NCBI GenBank assembly: GCA_036785375.1
Contig: JAWMAR010000070.1
Location: 7,440,001-7,504,000, forward strand
DNA length: 64,000 nt
From: Leucoraja ocellata
Taxonomy: Eukaryota
Direction: 5' to 3'
Shown: piece by piece, positions 1 through 12,151 of the stretch
Numbering within the stretch: the first letter of the stretch is position 1
Layout of the letters: every line of letters starts with the position of its first letter
The notes under the pieces: model-generated
Told to the model about the DNA's origin: nothing
Databases searched by the model: none
The model's input: the letters and a program-made list of their open reading frames with translations, nothing else
Made by a program: the position numbers and the translations under genes

Positions 1-2
1 AT

Positions 3-167
3 GTTCACTGGAAGTTCGTGCAACGAAACGTCCTTTGGGAACAGGACGCCACGTTGCTCCTGACAGGTGTAAAAGAGGAAGATAAAGGGACGTATTCCTG
101 TGTTTGGATCAAGTATCGTCAGAAACCGGTATGTGAATTATTGATGCAGCTGATGATCTCTCACTGA
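3..167 (+). CDS. 3' end of a secreted single Ig-V-domain gene, subfamily A (5' part outside window)
   Basis: Frame from nt 3 reads VHWKFVQRNVLWEQDATLLLTGVKEEDKGTYSCVWIKYRQKPVCELLMQLMISH*. It matches the end of the 46129 copy with one synonymous difference seen. Confidence 0.85.
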   Translation, partial: VHWKFVQRNVLWEQDATLLLTGVKEEDKGTYSCVWIKYRQKPVCELLMQLMISH

Positions 168-1045
168 TTCAGCAGGGCCAGTCCCAGGGTCAGTAACAAA
201 GTCTAGTTTAGTTTAGTTTAGTTCCGTTCAGAGGTACAACAGGGAAACAAGCCCTTCGGCCACAGAGTCAATGGGGACCAGTGATCACCCCATATACTAG
301 TACTATCCCACACACTAGATACAATTTACACTGACCAATTAACCTACAAACCTGCACGTCTCTGGGGTGTGGGACGAAACCGGAGCTCCCGGATTCCAAA
401 GAGGAAGGAAGATTCCAAGGGGAGTTAGGGGCGACCGTGGCTGACAAGGGAAGTCAGGGACACTATCACAAATGCATTTCGTTGTCTCTGTTCTGTACAC
501 TGACAATGACAATTAAATTGAATCTGAATCTGATAAAAGTGAACAGGTATAACGTTGCAAAGATGAGCGGAAAGCCAGGGGATTAGGTAACTCTTTTAAA
601 GAGCAACAGAAGATAACTAAAAAAGCAATACGGGGAGAAAAGATGAGGTATGAAGGTAAGATAGCCAAGAATAGAAAGGAGGATCGTAAAAGCTTCTTTA
701 GATATGTGAAAAAAATTAGTTCAGACTAAAATTGGTCCTTTATAGACTAAAAACTTTGGATCCGTCTTCACTAAGGAGAACACAAACAATCTCCCTGATG
801 TACTAGTGGCCAGAGGATCTGGGGACAACGGAGAGCCAGTGGATGTAGTGTACCTGGACTTGCAGGAAGTATTTGATAAGGTCCCACATAGGAGATTAGT
901 GGGCAAAATTAGAGCACATGGTATTGGGGGAAGGGCCTGTTTCCATATTGTTTGACTCTGACACTAAGTAGGGAATAGTAAAGGTATAAAGATGAGCAGC
1001 GTGGAAGGTGTGAGCGTGGATCGCCTGCAGTGAGGAGAACTGACC

Positions 1046-1194
1046 TTGCTTGCACCGGTAAATGTACGTTTAATTTAAATAAACTTTCCTCTGCCTGCCC
1101 TGAAGACAGCCGGTGTGAGTGATTCTTTGTACGCCAGCATTGAGTTGGGTGTGAACTTTGTGCAACTTTTGCTCACTACGGGCAACATCGCCGG
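1046..1194 (+). terminator. Conserved poly(A) module of subfamily A (also 34443-34588, 40966-41114, 47477-47625)
   Basis: AATAAA at 1078, 34472, 40998 and 47509, each followed by GU-rich gtgtgagtgattctttgt...gttgggtgtg, about 850-900 nt after the stop codon. Confidence 0.6.
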
Positions 1195-1369
1195 ATTAAA
1201 GGGCCTGTCCCACGAGCATGCGACTCCATGCGGCAAGCGCGACCTAACGTGGTCACTTGAGCCGTACGGCCTCGCGGGGCCGGTCCCACTTTGATCGCCG
1301 GAGCCGTATGGAGTTGTGTGGAGCTGGTCCCGACATCGCGCGGGGCTCTGAAAAACTGAATATGTTAGG

Positions 1370-1650
1370 ATATGGAAACAGGTTCTTCGGCCCACCGAGT
1401 CTAACCCAACCAATGATCACCCCTACACTAGTTCTAACCTACCCACTAGGGACAATTTACTGAAGCCAATTAACCATCAAATCTACACGTCTTTGCAATC
1501 TGAAAGGGAACCAGAGCACCCGGAGGAAACCCACATGGTCCCAGGGACAATGTACATACACTGTACAGACAGTGCCCGTAGTTACCATCGAAGGCGGGTC
1601 TCTAGCGCTGTAAGGCAGCAACTCTACCGCTGCGCCACTGTACCGCCCCT
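1370..1650 (-). mobile_element. tRNA-derived SINE (HE1-like); copies in each tandem unit
   Basis: Reverse complement begins ggcggtacagTGGCGCAGCGGtagagttgctgcc (A-box). Body gtttgtaggttaattgg recurs many times in the window. Confidence 0.6.
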
Positions 1651-3159
1651 GCATTGCCCTCGTGCATTGTTAGGGCTGCTGATTAGAGTCCAGTTTTGAC
1701 CCTCGTTGGGTGTCAATTGTGGTTGTCAAGGAGCTTTCTTACCTCCGTATGGAGCCTGGTCTTCCAGTTATAGACCCACACCACCCTGGCCACACTCTCT
1801 TATCACCACTACTGAGGGGAAGGTACAGGAGCCTGAGAACCGTGAGCTCCAGGTTCAAGAGCAGCTTCTTCCCAGCAAGCACAAGGTTGTTGAACCAGCC
1901 TGCACAACCCCAACCACAACCCTACGCCACTCACCACAACCCTACACAACCCTGATGGATACTGCACCACTGGTGATGCCCCACGTACGTTGTCTTGTAC
2001 TATCATGGTCTGGTTTACTTGGAATAACTGAGACCTTATTGTGTACTTATGGTGTAAGTATATAATCATGATAGGCCAGGGTAGACAGTGGAGGGCTGCC
2101 ACTACAGAGCCGCCCATAGACCTGATAGAATTATATAAAGTTACTGTGCAGACCAAGACCAACGGCTCATTTCTCCGTTTCCCCTCTTCCTCCTCTTCAC
2201 CCTCCCTCTTCAATACCTAGAGAGGGAGGAGGGGTAGAGAGGGAGAGAGGCAGAGAGAAAGGGGGTAGAGAGAGAGTGGGAAGGGGTAGAGGGAGAAGGA
2301 GGGTGGTAGTGGGGGGGTGGAGGGATTAAATACATTCTTCTCAAGCTTACCCCCAGTCTAGTTCAGTCAAAAACCACTGAGTCAAGCACTGGAACAATTA
2401 ATCTTTATTTTTGGACTGTACATCTAATTCAACTACACGATACCTAAACCACTGCGGGTTCAATCCTTGTATCTGCTTGGCCAAACCCTTCAGCCTCGTG
2501 CAAGCAGAAACACTCCAAAAGGTCACGCTGTCCCAAGGATTCTTCCAGAAGATCGACAAAGGACCTCGTGGGGGCTGCCTTTTATAAGTCCCCGAACCTT
2601 GAGGGGCCGAACTACATAGGGGTGGTCTCTTTACAATCCAATCAAACATATTAATTACATCAGTATATTATAGACAGTTCCCCAGACCACTAACAGATCC
2701 CATACATTGTTTCAGGAGAAGCTTCTGGAAGATACTAACTTAACTTGAATAATGCAACATTTACCCTGGAATTCAAACAAACCTGCCAGGGCTCAACACT
2801 TTAGCCAATCAACAAACAGTAGGATAACTGCCTGGCACATTATATACAATATTTACAATGCTGTTGCAGTAATCTAATCAACCATGCATTTACACTTCAT
2901 TGGAGGTCATCTCCTTGCACGGAAATCGGCATCAAAACATGGGGGTGCACAATTCCATGGCGGCACACATGCACACGCGTGCATGCGGCACACACGCGAG
3001 GATTCGGCCGTGGGCCCTGTGGACGGTAACATCGGGAGCTGACTTGGTTGGTGACCGACTCCGAACTCCAGCAACAGCAGCTTCGTCCGCCCGGAATCGT
3101 GAGGCTTGAATCGGCCCGTTCGCGGGGCCTTTCATCGCCCGACGGGGGTTTCAACATTG

Positions 3160-3905
3160 GTATTGATGTGGATAGAGAACTGGCTGGCAGACAGAAAGCA
3201 AAGAGTAGGAGTAAACGGGTCCTTTTCAGAATGGCAGGCAGTGACTAGTGGGGTACTGCAAGACTCAGTGCTGGGACCCCAGCTATTTACGATATATATT
3301 AATGATCTGGATGAGGGAGTTGAATGCAACATCTCCAAGTTTGCAGATGACACGAAATGGGGGGCAGTGTTAGCTGTGAGGAGGATGCTAGGAGGCTGCA
3401 AGGTGACTTGGATAGGCTGGGTGAGTAGGCAAATGCATGGAAGATGCAGTATAATGTGGATAAATGTGAAGTTATCCATTTTGGTGTAAAAAACAGGAAA
3501 GTAGGTTATTATCTGAACGGTGGCCGATTAGGAAAAGGGGAGATGCAGCGAGACCTGGGTGTCATGGTACACCGGTCATTAAAAGTGGGCATGCAGGTGC
3601 AGCAGGCAGTGAAGAAAGAGAATGGTATGTTAACATTCATAGCAAAAGTAGCAGGGAGGTTCTACTGCAGTTGTACAGGGTCTTGGTGAGACCACACCTG
3701 GAGTATTGCGTACAGTTTTGGTCTGATAATCTGAGGAAAGACATTCTTGCCATAGAGAGAGTACAGAGAAAGTTCACCAGACTGATTCCTGGGATGTCAG
3801 GACTTTATGGCATACTGAGTTGGATGATCAGTATAATCATATTAAATGGCAGTGCAGGCTCGAAGGGCCGAATGGCCTACTCCTTCACCTATTTTCTATG
3901 TTTCT
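3160..3905 (+). mobile_element. 5'-truncated CR1-type LINE fragment (also about 36655-37395, 43175-43935, 48555-49315)
   Basis: RT motifs [27 protein letters not shown] and a (tttctatg)n tail. Confidence 0.85.
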
Positions 3906-4109
3906 ATGGGAGCCTCGATCGCCTCGATGCAGCAGTTTGATTTTAAGCCGCTCGGGCGCTGAAAGGCCCCGCGAACGGGACGATTCTGCCCATAGAAAGC
4001 GTCTGATAAAGTCCGGAACACAAAACATGGGCGGGGGGGGAATCGTCCCCCACCTCCCAAAGCATAGGGAGACGTGCCCCCTGTCCCCCCCCAGGATTTC
4101 CGCCCATGG

Positions 4110-4840
4110 CGGTCACGATGTCTCCTTCACCGCTGCAGTCTCGACGCCTCTTTGATGGCCGCGAAAAACCACATGTGGGGCGTAGAAGGCCGGGTCGGAT
4201 AAAGCGGAAAGTTAATTTCAATGAGGTCCTCCCCCTGACATCACTGGAAGCTGCTGGTCGACCACTCCCCCTTTGTGACATCACTCGAAGCGGGGTGAAG
4301 GTTTGCCGTTTAATAAGTTGGTTTTCACTATTTTTAAAACGCTATAACTTGTGAACTACAGCATGTAATGTGAAGTGGAGGAGTTTATTTTGTCAAAGGG
4401 GTTAATGTGATTAATAATGTGCGGAGGAGGGGAGGAGGAGAGGGGAGAGAAGGAGGAGGGTAAAGACGAGGGGGAGGGAGTGTAAGAGACTCGCCTGCGC
4501 AGTTGTGGGGTATGGGTGAGTGGTGGAATATTACGTTGGGGGGACGGGTACATCGCAAAGGAATCTCATTTAGATTTCTTGGGAGGAGGCTTTTCATTGT
4601 GGGGGGTGGAATTGCTGAGAGGTTTCATTTACTCCTTATTTACAAAATAATTACGATTGTGGGGAGGGGTGGGTTGGAGGCGGGGGCTCCCCGTTTCATT
4701 GTGGGGGGGTGGAGTAAGAGAGAGGTTTCATTTCCAGAATTTTCCTTGTGGGAGGATGGGGTGAGTATTGTGGGGTATGGGTGAGTGGTGGAATATTACG
4801 TTGGGGGAACGGGGCCCAACGGGTCCCACTTGGTCTAGTT
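4110..4840 (+). mobile_element. Possible non-autonomous Helitron-like repeat (one per tandem unit)
   Basis: Ends in a short hairpin (gggacccaacgggtccc in other units) followed by ...ggtCTAGt. No ORF. Confidence 0.35.
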
Positions 4841-5279
4841 ATCATTATTTATTTAATGTTTCACGTTTACACCAATCTCTCCACCACCACGAACAAGCAG
4901 CACAAGACGCGACAAGACAGACACCATTTTATGCAGATGCCGAGAAGTGTGATCAGCTCTGGCTGAACAACTAATCTTGTGTGTGGATTCGATAAGCAGA
5001 AGATTTAATGTCATAGTGTTATACAGTTATAGAGTGATACAGCATGGAAACAGGCCCTTCGGCCCAACTTGCCCACATTGGACAACATGTCCCAGCTACA
5101 CTAGTCCCACCTGTCCACGTTTGGTCCATATCCCTCCAAATCTGACCTATACCTGTTCCTGTCTAGCTGTTTCTTAAACGTCGGGATAGTTTCTGCCTCA
5201 ACTGCGATGGGTTGACCAGAACGAGACGTGGTGGAGACACAAGCAGGATGTGTGGGGCGCCTGGTTGGCCGCTGGCAGC

Positions 5280-5524
5280 TGGGATGACGTTGTTCTTGTT
5301 AAACGTTAACGGCTGATGCAACGACACGTTTGGCAGAGGGTGGAGAGGTCGCGGCTGACTCCGGCCAATGCTCCGTGGGAGGCAGTGATTGGTTGAATGT
5401 ACGTGAGGGCAGACAATGAGGGGCAGGAGAAGCCGGGAGTCGGTATAAAAGGAGCGAGCGATGGCAGGAGATGAGAACAAGACCGACCCCGTCACCCTGT
5501 GTGGAGACTCCGGAGCTGGTAACC
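5280..5524 (+). promoter_or_regulatory. Family promoter, putative non-coding exon 1 and splice donor (for the 6113 copy)
   Basis: CCAAT 5365, ERSE (CGTGG-N9-ATTGG) 5374-5392, TATAAAA 5444-5450, donor CTG|GTAACC at 5519. Acceptor cacccacAG at 6107-6108. Confidence 0.7.
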
Positions 5525-6112
5525 AACCCTGTGGATCCTTCAAGTGTCTGTGAGTGATGGGGGTGGGATTGTCTCTGTTCACTGTTCCCCCAGTTCAGAA
5601 GCCTGATAGCAGAGGGGAAGAAGCTGTTCCTGAGTCTGGTGGTGCGCGCTTTCAAGCTTCTGTACCTTCTGCTAGACAGGACCAGGGAGAAGGAGGAATG
5701 ACCGGGGTGGGACAAGTGATGGAGTCATAGAGTCACAGCGAGACCTTTGGCCCAACTTGCCCGCGCCCACCAACGTGTCCCCATCAATACTAGACCCACC
5801 TGCCTGCGTTTGGCCCTTACCCCTCTAATCCTGTCCTATCAATGTACCTGTCTAACTGTTTCTTAATCATTGTGATAGTACCTGCCTCAACTACCTCTTC
5901 CGGCAGCTCGTTCCAAACACCCTCCACCCTTTGTGTAAAAAAGTCACCCCTCAGTTTCCCATTAAATCTTCCCCCCCCCCCCCCCCCCCCCCCCTCGCCT
6001 TAAACCGATGTCCTCTGGTTCTCGATTCCCCAACTCTGGGCGGGTTCAGGGAATGTCATCATGAATCCTACTGAGTTGCAATAAGGTGACCCATTGTTTC
6101 ACCCACAGGAAC

Positions 6113-6662
6113 ATGGGACTGCAGAGATGGATAGGATTCATGGTCCTTGTGGAGATGGCGTGGCAAGTCTCCGCAACTGGAACAGGTCCGATCTCCAGAG
6201 AATGGGGAGAGGAAGCAAACTTGGCCGGGTGGAACGCACGGGCCCCTCGGCAAGTCACCAATGAACCGCTTCCAAGATGCACGAACGAGTCAGATTCTGA
6301 CAATGATCACGGTGCATCGAATAGCGATATTAGGCTCATTGCATCTCCGGGTGATTCTTTGACGCTGCCCTGTAAAATATCCAAAGATTACAAACAACTC
6401 TGGTTAGTTCAGTGGAGACAAAACGATGTTGAAATTGACAATTATAATGAGAAAACGTATGATGAATATACGGGATCTGATGTCCGCTGGATATTTGTGG
6501 ATCTAGAATTCCTTTGGGACTGGGACGGCTCGTTGCTCCTGAGGCATAAAAGAGAAAGATGAAGGGATATATTCCTGTGTTTGGTTCATTGATACTCATG
6601 TGTTATGTGAAGAATTGGCCCAGCTGACAATCCTCCCAATGATTCAGCAGGGCCCGACCTAG
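6113..6662 (+). pseudogene. Ig-V pro-protein gene, subfamily C (acidic), frameshifted
   Basis: Shared leader MGLQRWIGF...RAPR|Q, then TLPC and VQW. A 2-nt deletion near 6542 (ctg-a-ggc versus ctg-aca-ggt in A) shifts the tail GIKEKDEGIYSCVWFIDTHVLCEELAQLTI out of frame. Confidence 0.8.
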
Positions 6663-7779
6663 GGTCAGTAGCAAAGTCTAGCTTAGTTTAGTTTTGTTTA
6701 GTTCTGGGAAACAGGCCCTTCGGCCCACAGTCAACGGGGACCAGTGATCACCCAATATACACTAGTTCTATCCCACACACTGGATACAATTTACACCGAC
6801 CAATTAACCTACAAACACGCACGTCCCTGGGATGTGGGAGGAAACCGGAGCGCCCGTCGGTCACAGTGAGAACGTGCAAACTCCGTACAGACAGCACCCG
6901 GGGAATAGAGAGGGTGAATGCACTCTTTTACCCAGAGTGCGGGAATCAAGAACCAGGGGACACAGGTTTAACGTGAGAGGGGCGAATTTTGAAAGGAATC
7001 TGAGGGGCAACTTTTTCACTCAGGTGGGGGGGGGGAGGTGTGTATGGAACGAGCTGCCAGAGGAGGTAGTTGAGGCAGGTTCTACAACAACATTTAATGG
7101 GCACTTGGATAGGTCCATGGATAGGAATGGTTTTATGGGGATATGGGCCAAATGTAATGAAATAGGACTAGCTTAGTGGGTCTGCATGGGCGAGGTCAAA
7201 TGGCTATTTCCTACTAGCCAATTATTGTGCTTGTTAGTAGTGACTAGATAGATAGATAGAATCTTTATTTGCCACACAACCAGGGTTGGTGGTATGTGGG
7301 TTCGGTACATGATGCTACACTGCTTTAGTCACATTAACACTAATAACAACACAGATCACAGTAATAAAGTGCATCCATACCACATCACAAATCACAAATC
7401 TCACCAACAATACATAGTGCAAAAGAACAAACAAAGACCATAGACAAGACACTGTATACATCAAAAGTCTTAGTATTGTCTGATTATTGGAGGGAATTAA
7501 GTGTTCTTATTGCTGAGGGGAAGAAACTGTTTTTACAGCGGGTGGATTTTGTAGCAAGTGACCTGAGGCGCCTCCCTGAAGGGAGAGACTGGAAAAGGTG
7601 GTTTGCTGGATGGGAGGGGTCCGAGATGATCTTTATTGCCCATTTTGAGGTACGTTGGAGATAAATGGAATGGATTGAGGGCAGGGGGGAGTTGATGATC
7701 CTGAGGCCTTAGAGACAATGCGCTGTAATCTGTGTAGTGAGTAGACTACACCTATTATGCGCGTTATATTATCAAGAGC

Positions 7780-10700
7780 TTGCCTCCGCTGGTTTGTACG
7801 AGTAACTGCTAGGAAATGTAATGTCCTGCAGATCTATGTTGTAAGTAGATTTAATAAACATGTGTTGTATCTTGATATGTGTCCGACTCAGCTCATTACA
7901 TGATGTCCACCATGTCATGTTTTTTTAATTAGTTTATGTGTCTACTATATCCATCATGACACATTTTTGTCACCTTCCTAGTCCTGTGATCTTTGACTCT
8001 GACATTGCTGAACTCTGACGTCTTTTCGAGCATGACTACACTCATTATGCTGGCATTGTTCATCGCAACGACCCCCCCCAATGTGCGTGCTTTTGTGTTG
8101 CTCAACTTAGCGGGACCTGAAGCTATGAATCGCGCTGGCAATTTCACATTTGAGCCTGCTGTTCTGGATGCTAATGGTCAGGTCCTGGCGCCTGCTGAGA
8201 CGAATGACGACCCTGCTGTCTTACATGCAAAGTTCAGATGGTTGTGTGACCTGCACTCAAACTATATTATTGAACGGAGGTACACAAAAGTGCTGGAGAA
8301 ACTCAGCGGGTGCAGCAGCATCTATGGAGCGAAGGAAATAGGCGACGTTTTTCGGGCCGAAACCAAGGGCGAAGGAAATAGGAAATAGGTAACGTTTCGG
8401 GCCGAAACCCTTAAGGGTTTCGGCCCGAAACGTTGCCTATTTCCTTCGCTCCATAGATGCTGCTGCACCTGCTGAGTCTCTCCAGCATTTTTGTCTACCT
8501 TTGTTCCATTTGATCTTCCGTTTGTGCACGTCGAGTTGATTGCATTAGTCAAAACAGGGCGGACCTCGTGAAGTTTGCAATCTTCCACCCCTGACATATG
8601 ACGAAGGAATGGATCGACTGTGCTTGTATTCACTGGAATTTAGGATGAGACTGGAACTTATAAAAACATATAAAATTCTTAAGGGATCGGACAGACTAGA
8701 TAGATGCAGGAAAAATATTCCCGATGTTGGGGGAGTCCAGAACCAGTGGTCACACAGTTTAAGAATAAGGTCTCGGCCATTTAGGACTGAGATGAAAAAA
8801 AACCTTTTCACCCAGAGAGTTGTGAATCTGTGGAATTCTCTGCCACAGAAGGCAGTGGAGGCCAATTCACTGGATGTTCTCAAGAGAGAGTTAGATTAAG
8901 CTCTTAGTGCTAACGTAATCAAGGGATATGGGGAGAAAGCAGGAACGGGGTAATGATTTAGGATGTTCAGCCATGATCATATTGAATGGCGGTGCTGGCT
9001 CGAGGGGCCGAATGGCCTCCTCCTGCACCAATTTTCTATGTTTCTGCACAATCCCAACAAGGGTCAAAACTGGACTCTAATCAGCTGCTGCAACTGTGCA
9101 AGAGGCCAATGTAAGGGAGGCTCAGTGATACAGCTGTAGAGTTGCTGCCGTACAGCGCTAGTGACCCGGGTTCAATGCTGACTGTAGGTACTGTCTGTAC
9201 GGTGGTTGTACTTTTTCCCTATGACCGTGAGGGTTTCGCCCAGGTGCTACAGTTTCCTCACAGATGTCAAAGACGTGCAGGTTTGTAGGTTAATTGGCTT
9301 CAGTAAATTGTCCCTTGTGTGTAGGTTAGAACTAGTGTACGGGCGATCACTCAAGTTCAAGTGTTTAAGAGAGATTATTGTCATGTGTCCCTGATAGGAC
9401 AATGAAATTCTTGCTTTGCTTCAGCACAACAGAACATAGTAGGCACAAATATAGAACAGATCAGAGTTTCTCCAGCATTTTTGTGTACCTTTGATCTTCC
9501 AGCATCTGCAGTTCCTTCTTGAGCATATTATTGAACGGACCAAGTTTTATGCTCGTATGCAACAGGTTGGTGAACCAAAGGTTTTATCAGTGACTTAAAA
9601 CAAATGGCTGCACGCTGCTGATTTCAAGATCTCTGCGATGAACTCATCCATGACAAACTTGTCGGAGGAATGCTTGATAGCAAGTTACGGGGTGAACTTC
9701 TTTGTAATACTGACCTAACCCTTAATCAAGCAGAGCATGCCTGTTGGATGCTGAGATAACATCTTCCCACACTGAGTCTGTGTCCTCTGGTCACTGTTCG
9801 CAGCATAGTGTTAATCTTGCAGACTACTCCTCTTGTAACACCCACACAAGGTCTGTTCGATGTCAAAATTGCAACTATTTTCTTGCTAGGTGTCAGCAGT
9901 TCTGCGTTGCTTATGGTAAAGCCTGTAATTTCTGCAAGAAGTTAAACCACTTTTCTCGATGCTGCCGTTCCCGTGTGACTCAAGCAGCGTCAAGGATGAG
10001 CCTGCACCTGCTGCAACATGAGCTTGTTGATAATGACTTCCAAGAGCTTGATTTGCCATCCCCCGCTCCACTCTCAGAAAGTACAGATACCAGTTCTGCA
10101 ACCCATTCTCCCCTCCCTTCGTCTAACAAGCAACTTGACCCTGAGGTAACCATGTTTGTGATTAACAGGCCTTTAATCGCTAAGGTTGATACTGGCACAA
10201 AATGCAATGTCATCTCGTTAACAGAGTTTTAAAAATTCGTTATGCTGCATGTATTGAAAAGGCCTCGGCCACGCTTTGGACTTACGGGGGAGATGTTCTA
10301 CACCCTCTTGGACAAGCTGATTTAAAGTGCACCATAGACAAGCAGACTCATACTTTAAAGGTTTATATTGTTAAGGGGGATTCAGAGACTTTGCTCAGTA
10401 TCAACGCAATCCACGATCTAGGCCTGGTATAGTTTGGCTACGCCGTCCATCAAGACTTTCTCGCTGATGGACACACTCAACAGGTACTCTCTCAATACAA
10501 AGATCTGTTTAACGCCAAGCTTAGCAAATTGCCTATCAAATACCACATTGTTGTCGATCCCAACATAACTCCTGTGGTCCGAGAACCGCATCATGCTCTG
10601 CACGCCATGCGTGGCAGAGTAAACAATGAACTCAAGCGGATGGTCTCCATGGGTGTTATTGCCGAGGTTACAGACCCATCTGACTGGGTTTCCACAATGG

Positions 10701-11375
10701 TGGTCGCAACAAAGAAAAACAAAGAGGAGATCCATATCTGCATAAACCCCAGAGACCTTAACTGCCATCAAACGGCCACACTACCCAATGCGATTATTAG
10801 AGGAAGTTGCTGCTCAGGTAGGCAACACTTCAGTATTCTCCATTCTGGATGCCAAGAGCTCATTTTGGAAGATTCCACTGGACCCAGACACGTCAAATCT
10901 CATTTCATTCGGCACCCCCTTTGGCCGATACAAATTTCTGAGAATGCCCTTTGGCATCAACTATGCCAGCGACGTTTTCCAGCGCACGATGGAACAATTG
11001 TTTGTTGAGTACCCATGTGCCATCATTGTTGATGACATTCTCGTCTACAGACGTGATTGGACTGAACATGACGCCAATCTGAAGAAAGAACTATACAATG
11101 CCAAAGACATTCAGCTCAAACTCAATCCCTTGAAGGGCAAGTTTCGAGTTCCAGAAGATACTGACGTTGGACATGTCTTCACAAGTGATGGTCTCAGACC
11201 AGACCCATCAAAAACTGCACCTATCAACAAAATGCCGGTTCCTTGGAATGGTCAACTACCAGGGGAAATTTATTCCCAACCTCAGCGACATATCTGCCCC
11301 CTGTGGGAACTGACACACAAGGACGCTGCATGGTCATGGTATCCGCAGCACCAAAGAGTTTTCCATCAACCGTTC
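7780..11375 (+). mobile_element. Degenerate Gypsy/Ty3 LTR retrotransposon
   Basis: LTR end ...cattaca near 7900, gag with CX2CX4HX4C (CNFCKKLNHFSRCC), protease VDTG, RT FSILDAKSSFWKIPL...FLRMPFGI...IVDDIL. Stops and frameshifts present. Confidence 0.85.
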
Positions 11376-11611
11376 CTCAGCCCACCTGGCCATTATTTCA
11401 GGATGCTGCTGCAATTTATCACAACCATCTCCACTATCTGCAAAACCGCCTACTTTTGTGTCATCTCCCTTTACTTCTGTCCCTGTTTTGTTCCTGACAA
11501 CATTCCCTTTTACTTTTGTTCCTGTTCTCAACACCTGCGGACTCCATGATTTTCCACATGTTGTTCCGGCCCCGTGTGGTCATGGACAATGTTGGACACA
11601 GCTCATAGAAG

Positions 11612-11748
11612 CCGGCGATGTTGCCCGTAGTGAGCAAGAGTTGCACAAAGTTCACACCCAACTCAATGCCGGCGTACAAAGAATCACTCACACCGGCTGT
11701 CTTCAAGAGAGTTTATTTCCATTAATGATACATTTACCGATGCAAGCA
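11612..11748 (-). terminator. Conserved poly(A) module of subfamily B (also 28429-28565, 55179-55315, 58944-59080)
   Basis: AATAAA (rc) at 11712, 28529, 55279 and 59044 with a GU-rich downstream block homologous to that of the A copies. Confidence 0.6.
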
Positions 11749-12151
11749 CGATCTGTCCCATTGCACTACATTTGCCCCATATCCCCCTAAACCTTTCCCT
11801 GTCCCAAGTGTGTATTAAATATTGTTACAATTCCCACCCCACCAGACAGTTCTATAAACCCACCGCCCCCTGAGTGAAAATGTTGCCCTTCAGGTTCCTA
11901 TTAAATCTTGCCCCTCTAACCTTAAACTTATGTCCCCCTGGTTCTTGATTCCCGTACCCCAGGTAAAATATGTTTTGTGTTCACCCCTCTATTCCCCACA
12001 TGATGAATTAAGTGACTACAATATAGAATGCTGTTGTTGGCCTAAGTATGTGGAGTTTATAATGATGGATGTTATTGTGTGTTTGTGCTGTCCTGCCACT
12101 GCCTGTTGCTTCTGTCACATGGGGGGGCCTGTGCTGGGTCAGTGTGAGGTT

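Noticed and set aside
2345-2838. Possible solo LTR on the minus strand (TATA- and AATAAA-like motifs)
   Set aside because: I could not define a TG...CA pair or a TSD, so it is left unannotated.
5163-5715. Recurrent 138-223 aa ORFs (MSHPGHSS..., MNRDNPTP...) in every unit
   Set aside because: They are antisense read-throughs of a Rex-type LINE 3' scrap plus the promoter. They recur only because the DNA is duplicated.
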